NCBI GenBank assembly: GCA_050633745.1
Contig: JBOEHD010000029.1
Coordinates: 276-64,275, forward strand
Reading direction: 5' to 3'
Length of the DNA: 64,000 bases
Source: Acidimicrobiales bacterium
GTDB taxonomy: Bacteria > Actinomycetota > Acidimicrobiia > Acidimicrobiales > SZUA-35
Numbering within the stretch: position 1 is the stretch's first letter; every line of letters starts with the position of its first letter. Below the pieces are notes generated by a model. That model did not search any database. It was given only the letters and a program-made list of their open reading frames with translations, and was not told the origin of the DNA. Made by a program: the position numbers and the translations under genes. This document shows, piece after piece, positions 44,361 through 54,256 of the stretch.

Positions 44361-45800
44361 ATGTCGATTCTCGAAACGAACCGCTATCTACAGGGCAACT
44401 ACGGACCAGTCGAGCAAGAGGTGACGGCCTACGACCTCCCGATCCAGGGAGAGCTGCCGGCCGAGCTACGTGGCCGCTACGTCCGCAATGGTCCGAACTC
44501 GGTCACCGAGCCCGACCCTGAGTCCTATCACTGGTTTATGGGCGACGGTATGGTCCATGGTCTTCGCATCAACGAAGGCCGGGCCGAGTGGTATCGAAAC
44601 CGTTGGGTCGGTTCACGAAAGCTGGCTCAGCTCCGAGGCCAAGACGACGTGCCAGGTGCCCAGTGGAACGGCGGCCCTGTCGGGGCCAATACCAACGTCG
44701 CCGGATTCGCCGGCACCACCTGGGCCACCGTCGAAGCGGGCGGCTGCCCGGTAGAGCTTAACTACGAACTGGAGACGGTCGGCCGAAACGACTTCTACGG
44801 AACGCTCCCCGGTGCTTTCACCGCCCACCCAAAGCTCGACCCCGACAGCGGCGAAATGCACGCCATGGTCCACAACTGGCCCCGCTGGGGAGAGCGCATC
44901 CAGTACGTCGTCGTCGGCGCCGACGGTCGAGTGAGTCGAGCCGCCAACATCCCGCTGGCCGGCATGACCATGCTGCACGACATGTCCTTGACCAGCCGCT
45001 TCGCTGTCATCTACGACCAGCCAGTCACACTCGACTTCAATCTGGCAGGCGAAGGTATGTTCCCGTTCCGCTGGAATCCCGATCACGGGAATCGGGTCGG
45101 GCTGGTTCCTCGCAACGCGCCGTTCGAGCGTCTGGTCGACGAGATCGTCTGGGTCGATGTGCCGCTCGGGTTCGCCTTCCATCCCCTCAATGCCTACGAC
45201 ACTCCTGACGGCAAAGTTGTCATCGACATCTGCAATTACCAGCGCATGTTCGACGAGGACCGTTTCGGTCCGTTTGAGAGCCTGCCGGGTCTCGAACGAT
45301 GGGAGCTCGACCCGAAACGTCGCACAACCTCGACCACAGTGATCGACGAAACGCCGAACGAGTTTCCCCGCCATCGTGGCTCGCTGACATCCAAGCAACA
45401 TCGCTACGGCTACTGCGTTGCCCCCTCCAATGACCCAAGCGAAGGCTGGCCGACGATCAAACACGACCTCGCCACCGGAGCGCGGCAGGTCTTCGATCAT
45501 GGGCCTGGTCGTTGCGCTGGCGAGGCGGTCTTCGTCCCCCGAGAAACGAACAATGCCGAGGACGACGGCTGGCTACTGTGTTTTGTGCACGACCTCGCTC
45601 GAGCCAGCGCCGAGTTTGTGGTCATGGATGCTCAGGATTTTGGCCGGGGATACGTGGCCCAGGTCCAACTACCGCAGCGGATTCCATTCGGCTTTCACGG
45701 AAACTGGATCAGCGACAACGCGGTAGCCCCACCGCCGCCTCGGCCAGAAGAAGACACCTCAGCTGGTGCCGCTGATGAAACCGATGGCAGTGCGGACTGA
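44361..45800 (+). CDS. Carotenoid cleavage oxygenase family (RPE65/CCD) dioxygenase
   Basis: 479 aa. The N-terminus NRYLQGNYGPVEQEVTAYDLPIQGELPAELRGRYVRNGPN and the conserved His-containing blocks (FTAHPK, LHDMSLT, FAFHPLNAY, GFHGNW) fit the family. Confidence 0.85.
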   Translation: MSILETNRYLQGNYGPVEQEVTAYDLPIQGELPAELRGRYVRNGPNSVTEPDPESYHWFMGDGMVHGLRINEGRAEWYRNRWVGSRKLAQLRGQDDVPGAQWNGGPVGANTNVAGFAGTTWATVEAGGCPVELNYELETVGRNDFYGTLPGAFTAHPKLDPDSGEMHAMVHNWPRWGERIQYVVVGADGRVSRAANIPLAGMTMLHDMSLTSRFAVIYDQPVTLDFNLAGEGMFPFRWNPDHGNRVGLVPRNAPFERLVDEIVWVDVPLGFAFHPLNAYDTPDGKVVIDICNYQRMFDEDRFGPFESLPGLERWELDPKRRTTSTTVIDETPNEFPRHRGSLTSKQHRYGYCVAPSNDPSEGWPTIKHDLATGARQVFDHGPGRCAGEAVFVPRETNNAEDDGWLLCFVHDLARASAEFVVMDAQDFGRGYVAQVQLPQRIPFGFHGNWISDNAVAPPPPRPEEDTSAGAADETDGSAD

Positions 45801-46445
45801 CTGCATCAGTTCCTGGGATGGCTGCTCAAACTGATAGTGGTTGCCCGGCACCTCTTGGTAGAGCCAGCGATCCCCGGCCAAACCCTCCCACCGGCGAGCG
45901 CCCTCATCGCTGATCAGACCATCCTCGACACCGCGGATCGTGGCTAGAGGAACCTCCAACGGGAAGAGCTTCACCTCGTCGGCAACGGCGTGGGCGGCAT
46001 CGATGTCGGCCAGGATCGTTTCGGCGGCCATCGGCATCTTGCCCGTGGGGTCTAGGCGCGCCGCGTCGGCCTTCAACAGTTCCATCACCTCTGCCCTTGG
46101 TCGTCTGCCGGTCGCCCCTGGCGCAGCGGCCACCGTGATCACGCCGATGACCTCGGCTCGCATCGAGTCAGCAAGCTCGCTAGCCAGCCAAGCCGAGGTG
46201 AGAGCCCCGAGACTTTCGCCCATCAAGATCCAGCGCTGATATGGCTCAGCTTCGATCCGGTCGATGAAGTGAGAGAAGTGCTCGGTTAGGAGTTTCAGCG
46301 AAGGCTCAGCGAAGCGGATCCCTCGGCCTGGCAACTCGAAGGTGCGAACCTCAACAAGGTCGACGAACTGCTGGCGGGTGCGTTCAAAACGCGCCGCCGA
46401 AGCGCCCGCTCCGGGGATGCAGAGCAGGCGGGGTTGGTTGTTCAA
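45759..46445 (-). CDS. Type II thioesterase (alpha/beta hydrolase)
   Basis: 228 aa. It starts LLCIPGAGASAARF and has the nucleophile elbow GESLGA plus a C-terminal GNHYQF (His) block. It overlaps the oxygenase 3' end by 42 nt, convergently. Confidence 0.8.
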   Translation of the reverse strand: MNNQPRLLCIPGAGASAARFERTRQQFVDLVEVRTFELPGRGIRFAEPSLKLLTEHFSHFIDRIEAEPYQRWILMGESLGALTSAWLASELADSMRAEVIGVITVAAAPGATGRRPRAEVMELLKADAARLDPTGKMPMAAETILADIDAAHAVADEVKLFPLEVPLATIRGVEDGLISDEGARRWEGLAGDRWLYQEVPGNHYQFEQPSQELMQSVRTAIGFISGTS

Positions 46446-46461
46446 CGCAGCGACCCGGTCC

Positions 46462-47808
46462 TTAGCCTTCTGGCCGCAGGATTACCCCGGCCTCAGCGGC
46501 GAGACGAGCGGTCACCTCTGCAGCTTTGATCAGGTCGTCTTCGGTGTGAGCCGCCGATACGAAGAATCGCACCCTAGCTGCGTTCTCCGGCACGACCGGA
46601 TGGAACAGACCGTAAGCGATGATCCCGTTCTCCCGGAGCATTGCCGACAGCAAAACCGCGGCAACCGAACTACCGGTAATCACCGGCACCACGCCGGTCC
46701 CGAAACTCGACAACCCGGTATCGAGGCCATGCCGCTTGAGCTCGGTCCGGAAGAGGTGGGCGTTTTGCCTGGCCATCTCCGGAAGCTCGGGGCGGGCTTT
46801 CATCGCCCGCAACGAAGCCAGCGTGGCCGCGGCCTGCGAGGCAGGCATCGGAGCACAGTAGAGCACCGCTCCTGGAGCGAAGTACCGAACCGCCTGCAGC
46901 AACGCCTTGTTTCCAGCGATATAGCCACCGACGCTGGCCAGCGATTTGGAGACCGTGTTCATCAACACGATGTCGGATTCCGGCTTGATGTCGAAGTGCT
47001 CCATCACGCCGCGGCCGGTCGGGCCGAGCACGCCGAACGAGTGGGCCTCATCGATGTACAGGTCGGAGTTGTGACGACGAGCCACTTCAAGAATCTCCGG
47101 CACGCGACCGATGTCGCCGTCCATGCTGTAGATGCCCTCGATCATCACAAGACAGACGCTGCCGGCCTTGCGATAGCGGGTCAGCATCTCGTCGAGGTGT
47201 TCGGGATCGTTGTGTCGGAATGAGAGTCGCTTGGCTCCCGAGAGACGGGCCCCGGCGATCATCGAGTTGTGGGACAGCTCGTCGTGGATCACCACGTCGT
47301 CCGGTCCAACGACATACCCCAGGAACGACACGTTGGTGAGATAGCCACTCACAAAGAGCAGGGCCGCCTCGGTGCCATAGGTTTCGGCGATCTCAGCTTC
47401 GAGGGTGTGATAGAGATCGATGTCGCCACCGACGCTCCTGGTTGCTGAGAGCGATGCCCCGTAGGTCGCCACCGCTTCCCGAGCGGCGTCTTTCAGTTCC
47501 GGCAGATCGCCAAGCCCCAGATAGTCATAGGAGCTGAAGTTGATCATGATCTCGCCGCCATCAACCTCGGCTCGACCATGGCCCGCTTTGCGCTGCGGTA
47601 CGAAGTAACCACCGCCCTTCAAACCGTTCTCGTCTGCCAAACTGAGCAGCGCATTGATTTCGGCGATGCCCGGGTGGTCGGTAAGACGCTTCGGCGGCTT
47701 GGCCACCGCCTGTTTTGCTCCCTTGCCGCGGCCAGCCAGCAGTTTGCCTGCCAATGCCGCTTTGTCGTCGTTACTCACTGGGAACTCCTTCGCCGTCGCC
47801 GGCGCCAT
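46462..47808 (-). CDS. Alpha-oxoamine synthase family PLP enzyme (8-amino-7-oxononanoate synthase / serine palmitoyltransferase-like)
   Basis: Motifs FSSYDYLGL, DEAHSFGVLG and NTVSKSLASVGGY (PLP Lys) are diagnostic. An alternative and probably better start is GTG 47778, preceded by AAGGAG (47790-47785) at 6-nt spacing. Confidence 0.85.
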   Translation of the reverse strand: MAPATAKEFPVSNDDKAALAGKLLAGRGKGAKQAVAKPPKRLTDHPGIAEINALLSLADENGLKGGGYFVPQRKAGHGRAEVDGGEIMINFSSYDYLGLGDLPELKDAAREAVATYGASLSATRSVGGDIDLYHTLEAEIAETYGTEAALLFVSGYLTNVSFLGYVVGPDDVVIHDELSHNSMIAGARLSGAKRLSFRHNDPEHLDEMLTRYRKAGSVCLVMIEGIYSMDGDIGRVPEILEVARRHNSDLYIDEAHSFGVLGPTGRGVMEHFDIKPESDIVLMNTVSKSLASVGGYIAGNKALLQAVRYFAPGAVLYCAPMPASQAAATLASLRAMKARPELPEMARQNAHLFRTELKRHGLDTGLSSFGTGVVPVITGSSVAAVLLSAMLRENGIIAYGLFHPVVPENAARVRFFVSAAHTEDDLIKAAEVTARLAAEAGVILRPEG

Positions 47809-50800
47809 CGATTTCGATCACTGCTTCGTCCAGATACTCCGAGATGCGCCCCGCCAGCTGCCCGATGTTTCCGTCGGGGAGGAAGAGGCGGGCCATCGGT
47901 ACTTCGTGTTGCAGCATCTCGTTGATGCCAACTTGAATCTCGACGACGGCCAGCGAGTCGATGCCCATGTCTGCGAAGCTGGCATCACCGGTCAACGAAT
48001 CGTCTTCGATGCCAAGAGCTTCGGTGAACAGCCCGACCATGGTCATGGTCAGCACCTCGGTGCGATCGTCCTGGCTGAGCATCATGAGTTGCTCAAGTCC
48101 GGCTTGGTCGCCACCGGCGGTGGCCTCGGCAACGATGTGCCCGATCACCGACGAGCTTGAGTTGCCCGGCTCGGAACGACCGACCCGCTGCCAGTCGACT
48201 TCTGCGGTCATCAGCGTCGGGAAGTTGTTGGTTACGGCCAGGTTCAGAATGCCGAACAGGCGACGAGGCGAAACCATCGAGAGTCCATTGGCGGCGAAGA
48301 ATCGAGCGTTGCGCTCATCGTCAGCGGCCATGCCGCCCTCTTCGATCGGGCCAAGCTGCATGGCGCAGGCGTTGACCCCTCGAGACCGCAGACTCTCGGC
48401 CAAGCCATCGAGGCCGGTGTTAGCCGCGGCGTATGTTCCTTGAATCGACACCCCGAGGGCTCCGGACATCGAAGAGGTGAGCAGGAAGAAGTCGAGTTCG
48501 TCCCAGGCGCCGTCGATGGTGTCTAGGCCGGCGACCAGGTTGTCGGCACCGTCGACCTTTGCGGCGAACGAGCGGCGGATACGATCCTCGTCGATCTCGG
48601 TGAAGCCGCCATCGGCGATGACGCCTGCGGCATGAATGACACCCCGGATCGGTCCGTCTTTTCGCAGTTCCTGAAGCAGCTCGACGGTTGGGTCGTGGTC
48701 GGCCACATCGGCAGCAACAACCCACACGTCTGCCCCAAAGGCATGCAGCATGTCGATCGATGCCTGACCCCGCTCGCTGGCCTTGCCAGACCGGCCGGTC
48801 AGTACGATCTTGCGGGCGCCACGGCTGGCCATCCATTGAGCACACATGAGGCCGACGCCGCCGTAGCCGCCGGTGATCAGGTAGATGCCGTCGGGATCCA
48901 TAAGTGGTGCGGTTCGGCGAGCATGCTCAACCGTCGGCTCGGGATCGAGCTCGACGACGAGACTGCCGACTGTGCCGCCCCGAGCCAGGTCGAGGATGGC
49001 GTTTGAGAGATCGCCGATCGTGTAGCGGGTGATCGGCGTGTGATTGTTCGGGTCGTTGACCTTGGCCAGCGCCCGATCGATCAGGTCGTTGAACCACTCG
49101 CTGTCGTAGGCGGCGATCTGGTCGGTGTCGACTCGCGAAAGCGAACGGTTTCCGTCGATCGCCACGGCTAGCTGCACCTCGTCCGGGCCGGCGGCCTTAC
49201 CGAGATCGATATAGCGACCGCGGGGGCGCAGCTGGGTGAAGAGCAACGAGCGCCCCTCACCGTTGACCACTGCGGCGATCAAATCGAAGTCACCGTGTCC
49301 AGCGGCCATGAGCGCACCGGGGATGTCGGCTCCCCGGGCGACGACAACTTCGACCTGGTCACCGAGCTGGTGGCGTATGGCCGCCACCTTGTCTGGCGCA
49401 CCAACGCTGGTCACGACATGACAGCCGGAGTCGACAGCGTGGCGGCAAAGCACGGAGCCAAGGGCCCCGGCACCCGACTGGATGAACACCCGGTCTCCGG
49501 CCTTCACCCGACCGATGTCGTCGAGGGCGGCTAGCGCGGTCACCCAGGGCATCATCAGCGTCAGCTGATCAACGGGATCGACCTGATCGCCGATCGGTCG
49601 GATGTACTCATCGGCCACGTTGACCATCATCTGACGCCGGAACGGGCGCCGGACTGGCCCACCGACCAGATCGCCGACGGCAAACGGAGTGTTGGGCCCG
49701 GTCGCAACGACGCGACCGATGGCGCCAAGCCCAAGATGCTGGCCTGCGAAGGTGCTCAGCGCGTCTGCGCCGATGGTGCCCATGACCTTGCCGACGTCTT
49801 TCCACGTCAGAGGCACCGCGGTGTTCTCCATGATGATCTCGCCGGAACCGGGCTGGCGAACCTGCTCGACGGTTGCGGTCATACGGGTTGCCGACGCCAG
49901 GTCGTAGGCCACCGTTGTGCCTTCGGCCCGCTCGCGGGGATCGCAGGCCTGGACAACATCGGTCTGAACCTGCTCTAGCCGGCTCAGTCGAATGTCGCCA
50001 TCGAGCAGTACTTCGTATTCGGAGACAGCGGCGATCCACCGCGTCATGTCTTCGGCCGGTGTCGACTCGTTAGCCAGAACCGCTCGGACTGGGAAGCCGA
50101 AGGCATTCGAGGCGGAGCGGCGCAATCCTAGAAGCCAGGGCTGGTCCATCGAACCGAGCAGCGTGAGTGTCAGCGTTGGATCTTGCAGGGCTGCCACCTG
50201 GTTGACAAGGTCGAAGGTGGCGATGGCGTCTTCGGTACGGGACGTGCGGGGCACCGGCCACAGCAGGTGGGCCTGTTCCCCACGGGGCACCGAGTCAAAG
50301 TCTGGCGCCTCTTGGTCGAGAGCTACAACCGGGAGCGCATCATCTGAGCCGAGCCAGTGTTCACCAAGACCATCGGCATCGGCGTCAGATAGGTCGCCAG
50401 ATAGCTCCTCAGAACGTCTCGATGCCGAGCCAGCATCGGCGCCGGGGAGGATGAGATCGAGGTCGCTGGCGCCAGCGTGGAAGTCGGCGTCGAGATCGAG
50501 TTCTTCGTCTTCCTCCTCCTCGGGGATGAAGCGCTCGAGGACCTCGGCTGGCGTTACCCCATGCAGGGCGTAGGAGTTGCGGTCGAGGTAGTTGGTACGG
50601 GCGACGTCATCGCTCTGGTTGCGCACACAAACGACGTCGCTGAGCTCGGCCACGAGGACACCCTCGGTGTCGTAGTAACGAATTGTCCCGACCAGTTCGT
50701 GCTCGGTCCTGGAGGTAACTACAGCTCTGGCGTGATACGGCTTGGCGTCGGCCATCGACCGGTGCAGTGCCACCCGACCGAGTCGGTATGGAAGGTACAT

Positions 50801-52774
50801 GGCCTCTCCGAGATCGCGGGCCGCGGCGATCAGCAGCTGCAGTCCAGCATCGAGGATCCATGGAGCGTGGTGGCCTGCGGTGAACAGTTCGCCACCGTCG
50901 ATGGTGGCGCGAGCCACCAGCCCGCCGTCGGCCGAGTCGCTGGCATCGAGCGTCACGTTCGTCAGGTTTTGGAACGCCCCCGAATACTGCAGACCCTTGA
51001 GTCGGAACAGCGCATAGAGGGGCTCGGTGTCGAGTCCCGGACCGACCGGTATCTCAAAGTCGGCATCGGGCTCGGTAGGTATTGGCGTCGAGGCGCCGAT
51101 GGAGGCGATGGCGTTGAGCGCCCAGCTGGCCGATGGATCGCCGATCGGGCGAGACACGCACTTCACCGTGCCGCCAGCGACCTTCATACGAACCAGGGTT
51201 GGGTTGGAGAACACCGGCAGCCCCTGCACGATCGTTAGATCGGTCAGGGTGACGCTGCGGTCCTCGCCGTGGGTGGCTGCCAGTGCGAGCAGCTCGGCCC
51301 ACATCGTGGCCGGCACAACCGCACCGAGACCCTGGGCCTGGTGACCCTCGATCCACGGTTGGTCACTGAGGGCCAGCTCGACGTCGAACTCATCGGTATG
51401 GTCGGGCACACGCTTGCCGAGGAGGGCAACCCCATCGGCTGCGAGGGCGTTCAGGCGGTCATCGTCATACCAGCGGTCTTGGTCCCAAAGGCGGGTCGGG
51501 GTCCGCGTCGGAGCTGGAAGCGGAGCAGAGTGCACTCGGGCCGGACGGCCGATTCCTTGCAGGGTCAGCTCACCGAGGGCACCGAGGAAGGTTTCGTATT
51601 CGTCGTTGCGGCGAGACAGCAACGGCGTGGCGGTGATGCCTTCGTCTCGGGGTGCGAGCGCTTCGATGCTCTGCGACAGAACCGGGTGAGGAGCGAGCTC
51701 GATGAAACACTTGCTGCCGTCGGCCATCGCCTGCTTTGCCGCCTTGGCGAACATCACCGGCTGGCGAACGTTACGGGGCCAGTATGGCGCGCCCCATTCC
51801 TCACCGCTTGAGAGGGCGCCAGTTACGGTTGAGTACAGCGGTAGCTGAGCGGGCTTCGGCTCGATGAAGCTCATCTGCTGATGAAGATCGTCGGCGATCT
51901 CGTCCATCACCGGGCTGTGATAGGGGACCTCGACTCGCAGGATCTTGGCGAAGATCTGATCGGTCCGCATGCGCTCGTCGAGTTGGGCGATCTGCTCGGC
52001 GTCACCGGCAACGGTCACCGCTTGATCGTCGTTGATAGCGGCCATGGAAACGCCGTCGAAGTCGGCGATGAGGTCCTTGGCTTCATCTTCACTGACGCCG
52101 ATAGCCAGCATTGCTCCTCGGCCTTCAAGCGTGGCCTGCAATCTGCCCCGCACCACGGCGACCTGAGCCGCTTCGGCCAGGGTGTAGACACCTGCGGCAT
52201 ATGCCGACGCGACCTCGCCTGCGCTGTGGCCGACAACCGCGTCTGGCTTAACACCCTCGTCGAGCAGCAGGTTGTACAGCGCTGCTTGGAGTAGGAAGTT
52301 TCCAGGCTGAGCAAGACCGGTCGGCAACTGGCCGCCAGCGTCGTGGTTGGCCAGATGATCCCAGACCGACTCGCCGTAGTGCTCGATCATCAACTTGTCG
52401 ACTTCGACAACGTGGTTGGCAAAGCCGGGAAGGGCGGCAGCCAGGGAGCGACCCATGCCTGCCCACTGTGGGCCCATGCCACTAAAAACAAAGGTGGCGC
52501 GCCGGGGGCCAGACTTGTGCTGCCCGGAAGCTATGCACGTTCCTTCGAGCACAAACTCGGCCAGCGAGGCCACTATCTCACCGCGGGTGCGGCCGGCAAC
52601 GATCCACCGGGACTGGCCGCGAGCTACTCGCCACGCGGCCTCGATCTCGTTAGCGAAACCGGCGTCGCCTGCAGCCTGGATCGAGTCGATCAGATGCTGA
52701 GCGCTCTCGGCAGCCCGCTCCTGGCTGGCTCCGGTCAGGGGGATTCGATAGATGTTGGGCTGACTTTTTGTCAT
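47771..52774 (-). CDS. Type I polyketide/fatty-acid-type megasynthase lacking KS: AT-DH-ER-KR-ACP
   Basis: 1667 aa. AT motifs are FVFSGMGPQWAGMG and GHSAGE. The DH carries a WIEGHQAQGLGAVVP His motif. The ER is MDR-type (FIQSGAGALGS). The KR motif is YLITGGYGGVGL. The ACP motif is FADMGIDSLAVVE. Confidence 0.9.
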   Translation of the reverse strand: MTKSQPNIYRIPLTGASQERAAESAQHLIDSIQAAGDAGFANEIEAAWRVARGQSRWIVAGRTRGEIVASLAEFVLEGTCIASGQHKSGPRRATFVFSGMGPQWAGMGRSLAAALPGFANHVVEVDKLMIEHYGESVWDHLANHDAGGQLPTGLAQPGNFLLQAALYNLLLDEGVKPDAVVGHSAGEVASAYAAGVYTLAEAAQVAVVRGRLQATLEGRGAMLAIGVSEDEAKDLIADFDGVSMAAINDDQAVTVAGDAEQIAQLDERMRTDQIFAKILRVEVPYHSPVMDEIADDLHQQMSFIEPKPAQLPLYSTVTGALSSGEEWGAPYWPRNVRQPVMFAKAAKQAMADGSKCFIELAPHPVLSQSIEALAPRDEGITATPLLSRRNDEYETFLGALGELTLQGIGRPARVHSAPLPAPTRTPTRLWDQDRWYDDDRLNALAADGVALLGKRVPDHTDEFDVELALSDQPWIEGHQAQGLGAVVPATMWAELLALAATHGEDRSVTLTDLTIVQGLPVFSNPTLVRMKVAGGTVKCVSRPIGDPSASWALNAIASIGASTPIPTEPDADFEIPVGPGLDTEPLYALFRLKGLQYSGAFQNLTNVTLDASDSADGGLVARATIDGGELFTAGHHAPWILDAGLQLLIAAARDLGEAMYLPYRLGRVALHRSMADAKPYHARAVVTSRTEHELVGTIRYYDTEGVLVAELSDVVCVRNQSDDVARTNYLDRNSYALHGVTPAEVLERFIPEEEEDEELDLDADFHAGASDLDLILPGADAGSASRRSEELSGDLSDADADGLGEHWLGSDDALPVVALDQEAPDFDSVPRGEQAHLLWPVPRTSRTEDAIATFDLVNQVAALQDPTLTLTLLGSMDQPWLLGLRRSASNAFGFPVRAVLANESTPAEDMTRWIAAVSEYEVLLDGDIRLSRLEQVQTDVVQACDPRERAEGTTVAYDLASATRMTATVEQVRQPGSGEIIMENTAVPLTWKDVGKVMGTIGADALSTFAGQHLGLGAIGRVVATGPNTPFAVGDLVGGPVRRPFRRQMMVNVADEYIRPIGDQVDPVDQLTLMMPWVTALAALDDIGRVKAGDRVFIQSGAGALGSVLCRHAVDSGCHVVTSVGAPDKVAAIRHQLGDQVEVVVARGADIPGALMAAGHGDFDLIAAVVNGEGRSLLFTQLRPRGRYIDLGKAAGPDEVQLAVAIDGNRSLSRVDTDQIAAYDSEWFNDLIDRALAKVNDPNNHTPITRYTIGDLSNAILDLARGGTVGSLVVELDPEPTVEHARRTAPLMDPDGIYLITGGYGGVGLMCAQWMASRGARKIVLTGRSGKASERGQASIDMLHAFGADVWVVAADVADHDPTVELLQELRKDGPIRGVIHAAGVIADGGFTEIDEDRIRRSFAAKVDGADNLVAGLDTIDGAWDELDFFLLTSSMSGALGVSIQGTYAAANTGLDGLAESLRSRGVNACAMQLGPIEEGGMAADDERNARFFAANGLSMVSPRRLFGILNLAVTNNFPTLMTAEVDWQRVGRSEPGNSSSSVIGHIVAEATAGGDQAGLEQLMMLSQDDRTEVLTMTMVGLFTEALGIEDDSLTGDASFADMGIDSLAVVEIQVGINEMLQHEVPMARLFLPDGNIGQLAGRISEYLDEAVIEIDGAGDGEGVPSE

Positions 52775-52858
52775 GACTTCGCTCTTTCTATGACCTCTGT
52801 CGTGCCAGAGATCGTCGCCTCGATTGGATTTGTCGACGTGCTTTCGATCGCTCGACGA

Positions 52859-54166
52859 TCAGACATGGTTGGCTACCACCGCGTGGGCGTTGGTTCCGCC
52901 GTAGCCGAATGAGTTGACTACTGCCACCGTCGGCTTTCCTGGTCGGCCGATGGCCGCCGGTCCGTCCTGGAGCACGTGCAGCGGAGAGTCATCGAGCTTG
53001 AGAGCCGGGTTCAGCTCTTCGAGCCAGGCTTGAGGCCCGACCTTGCCGGATCGAACGCTGACCGAAGCTTTCAGCAGGCCAGCGATTCCCGCCGCCGCTT
53101 CCTGGTGGCCGATTCCAGCCTTGACCGAGCCAAGCACGATCGGCTGATCAGCACCATGGGCATCGAGCACCTTCTGCATCGCTGATACTTCGAGTGGGTC
53201 GCCGATCGGGGTCCCGGTTCCGTGGGCCTCGAACTGGTTGATGTCCTTGGCTGAGAAGTCGGCCTCGGCGTAGACCTTCTGCATCAGCTTCGCCTGCGCA
53301 TCGGCGCTAGGAACGGTGATGCCTGGGGTTGCGCCATCCTGATTGACGCCGGAGCCGATGATGACCGAGATGATCTCATCGCCGTCGGCCTTGGCATCCG
53401 ACAGGCGCTTAAGCGCAACCATGCCGCAGCCTTCGCCGCGGCCATAGCCGTCGGCGGAGGCGTCGAAGCTCTTCGACCGGCCGTCCTTGGCCAGGAACTG
53501 CGCCTTGCAGAGCATCATGATGGTGTTGGCGGTCATCATGTAGTTCACGCCGCCCGCCAGACACATGTCGGCATCGCCGGCCTGCAACGCCCGGCAGGCC
53601 AGGTGGGTGGCGACCAACGACGATGAGCATGCGGTGTCGAGGGTCAGGCTCGGACCTTGCAGGCCGAGCGAGAACGAGAGACGGTTCGACAGCATGGTCA
53701 TCGTGGCGCTGGTGGCCGAGTGATTGGTCATACGTTCACGGGTGGTGAAGTGGGCGTTGCCCGTCAGATGGTCGAGCATGAAGCCGCCGATAAACACGCC
53801 GGTTTCCGAGCCGACGAGTGCGTCGAAGTCGACCTTGGCGTGGTGGAGAGTGTCGAGAGCCACGTCCATAATCAGGCGTTGTTGGGGGTCCATGATCGAC
53901 GCCTCGCGGGGCGATATCCCGTACAGCGCGGCGTCGAACTCTTGGTAGTCCCAGTCGAGGAACGCGCCGCGTTTTACATACATACGACCTTTGGCGGCGG
54001 GGTCTTCGGAGTAGATAGCGTCAACGTTCCATCGCTCTGGAGGCATGGGACCCACAGCGTCTCCGCCTCGAGCCATGAATGCCTCGAACTGGTCAAGTGA
54101 GGCTAAGTCACCCTGGTCGCCCGGGAATCGACAGCTTGCTCCAATGACAGCAATCGGTTCATACAT
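52859..54166 (-). CDS. Free-standing beta-ketoacyl synthase (KS) domain protein
   Basis: 435 aa. Motifs are DTACSSSLV (active-site Cys), EAHGTGTP and SFGYGGTNAHAV. The ORF ends 7 residues after the canonical KS C-terminal motif, 84 nt before the AT-DH-ER-KR-ACP ORF. Confidence 0.9.
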   Translation of the reverse strand: MYEPIAVIGASCRFPGDQGDLASLDQFEAFMARGGDAVGPMPPERWNVDAIYSEDPAAKGRMYVKRGAFLDWDYQEFDAALYGISPREASIMDPQQRLIMDVALDTLHHAKVDFDALVGSETGVFIGGFMLDHLTGNAHFTTRERMTNHSATSATMTMLSNRLSFSLGLQGPSLTLDTACSSSLVATHLACRALQAGDADMCLAGGVNYMMTANTIMMLCKAQFLAKDGRSKSFDASADGYGRGEGCGMVALKRLSDAKADGDEIISVIIGSGVNQDGATPGITVPSADAQAKLMQKVYAEADFSAKDINQFEAHGTGTPIGDPLEVSAMQKVLDAHGADQPIVLGSVKAGIGHQEAAAGIAGLLKASVSVRSGKVGPQAWLEELNPALKLDDSPLHVLQDGPAAIGRPGKPTVAVVNSFGYGGTNAHAVVANHV

Positions 54167-54256
54167 CGTTCTAGTTCCTTCACTTACTTGGTAGGTATTC
54201 GACTCTTACTCAGACTTCAAGTACTTCAGAGCGACACGCTGCGATTGTTGATTGCC

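Noticed and set aside
52775-52858. Calling the KS / AT-DH-ER-KR-ACP pair a frameshifted pseudogene.
   Set aside because: The KS ORF ends cleanly just after its canonical C-terminal motif, and the next ORF has its own ATG and RBS-like AAAGAG. There is no evidence of disruption inside either domain. The split is reported as an open question instead.
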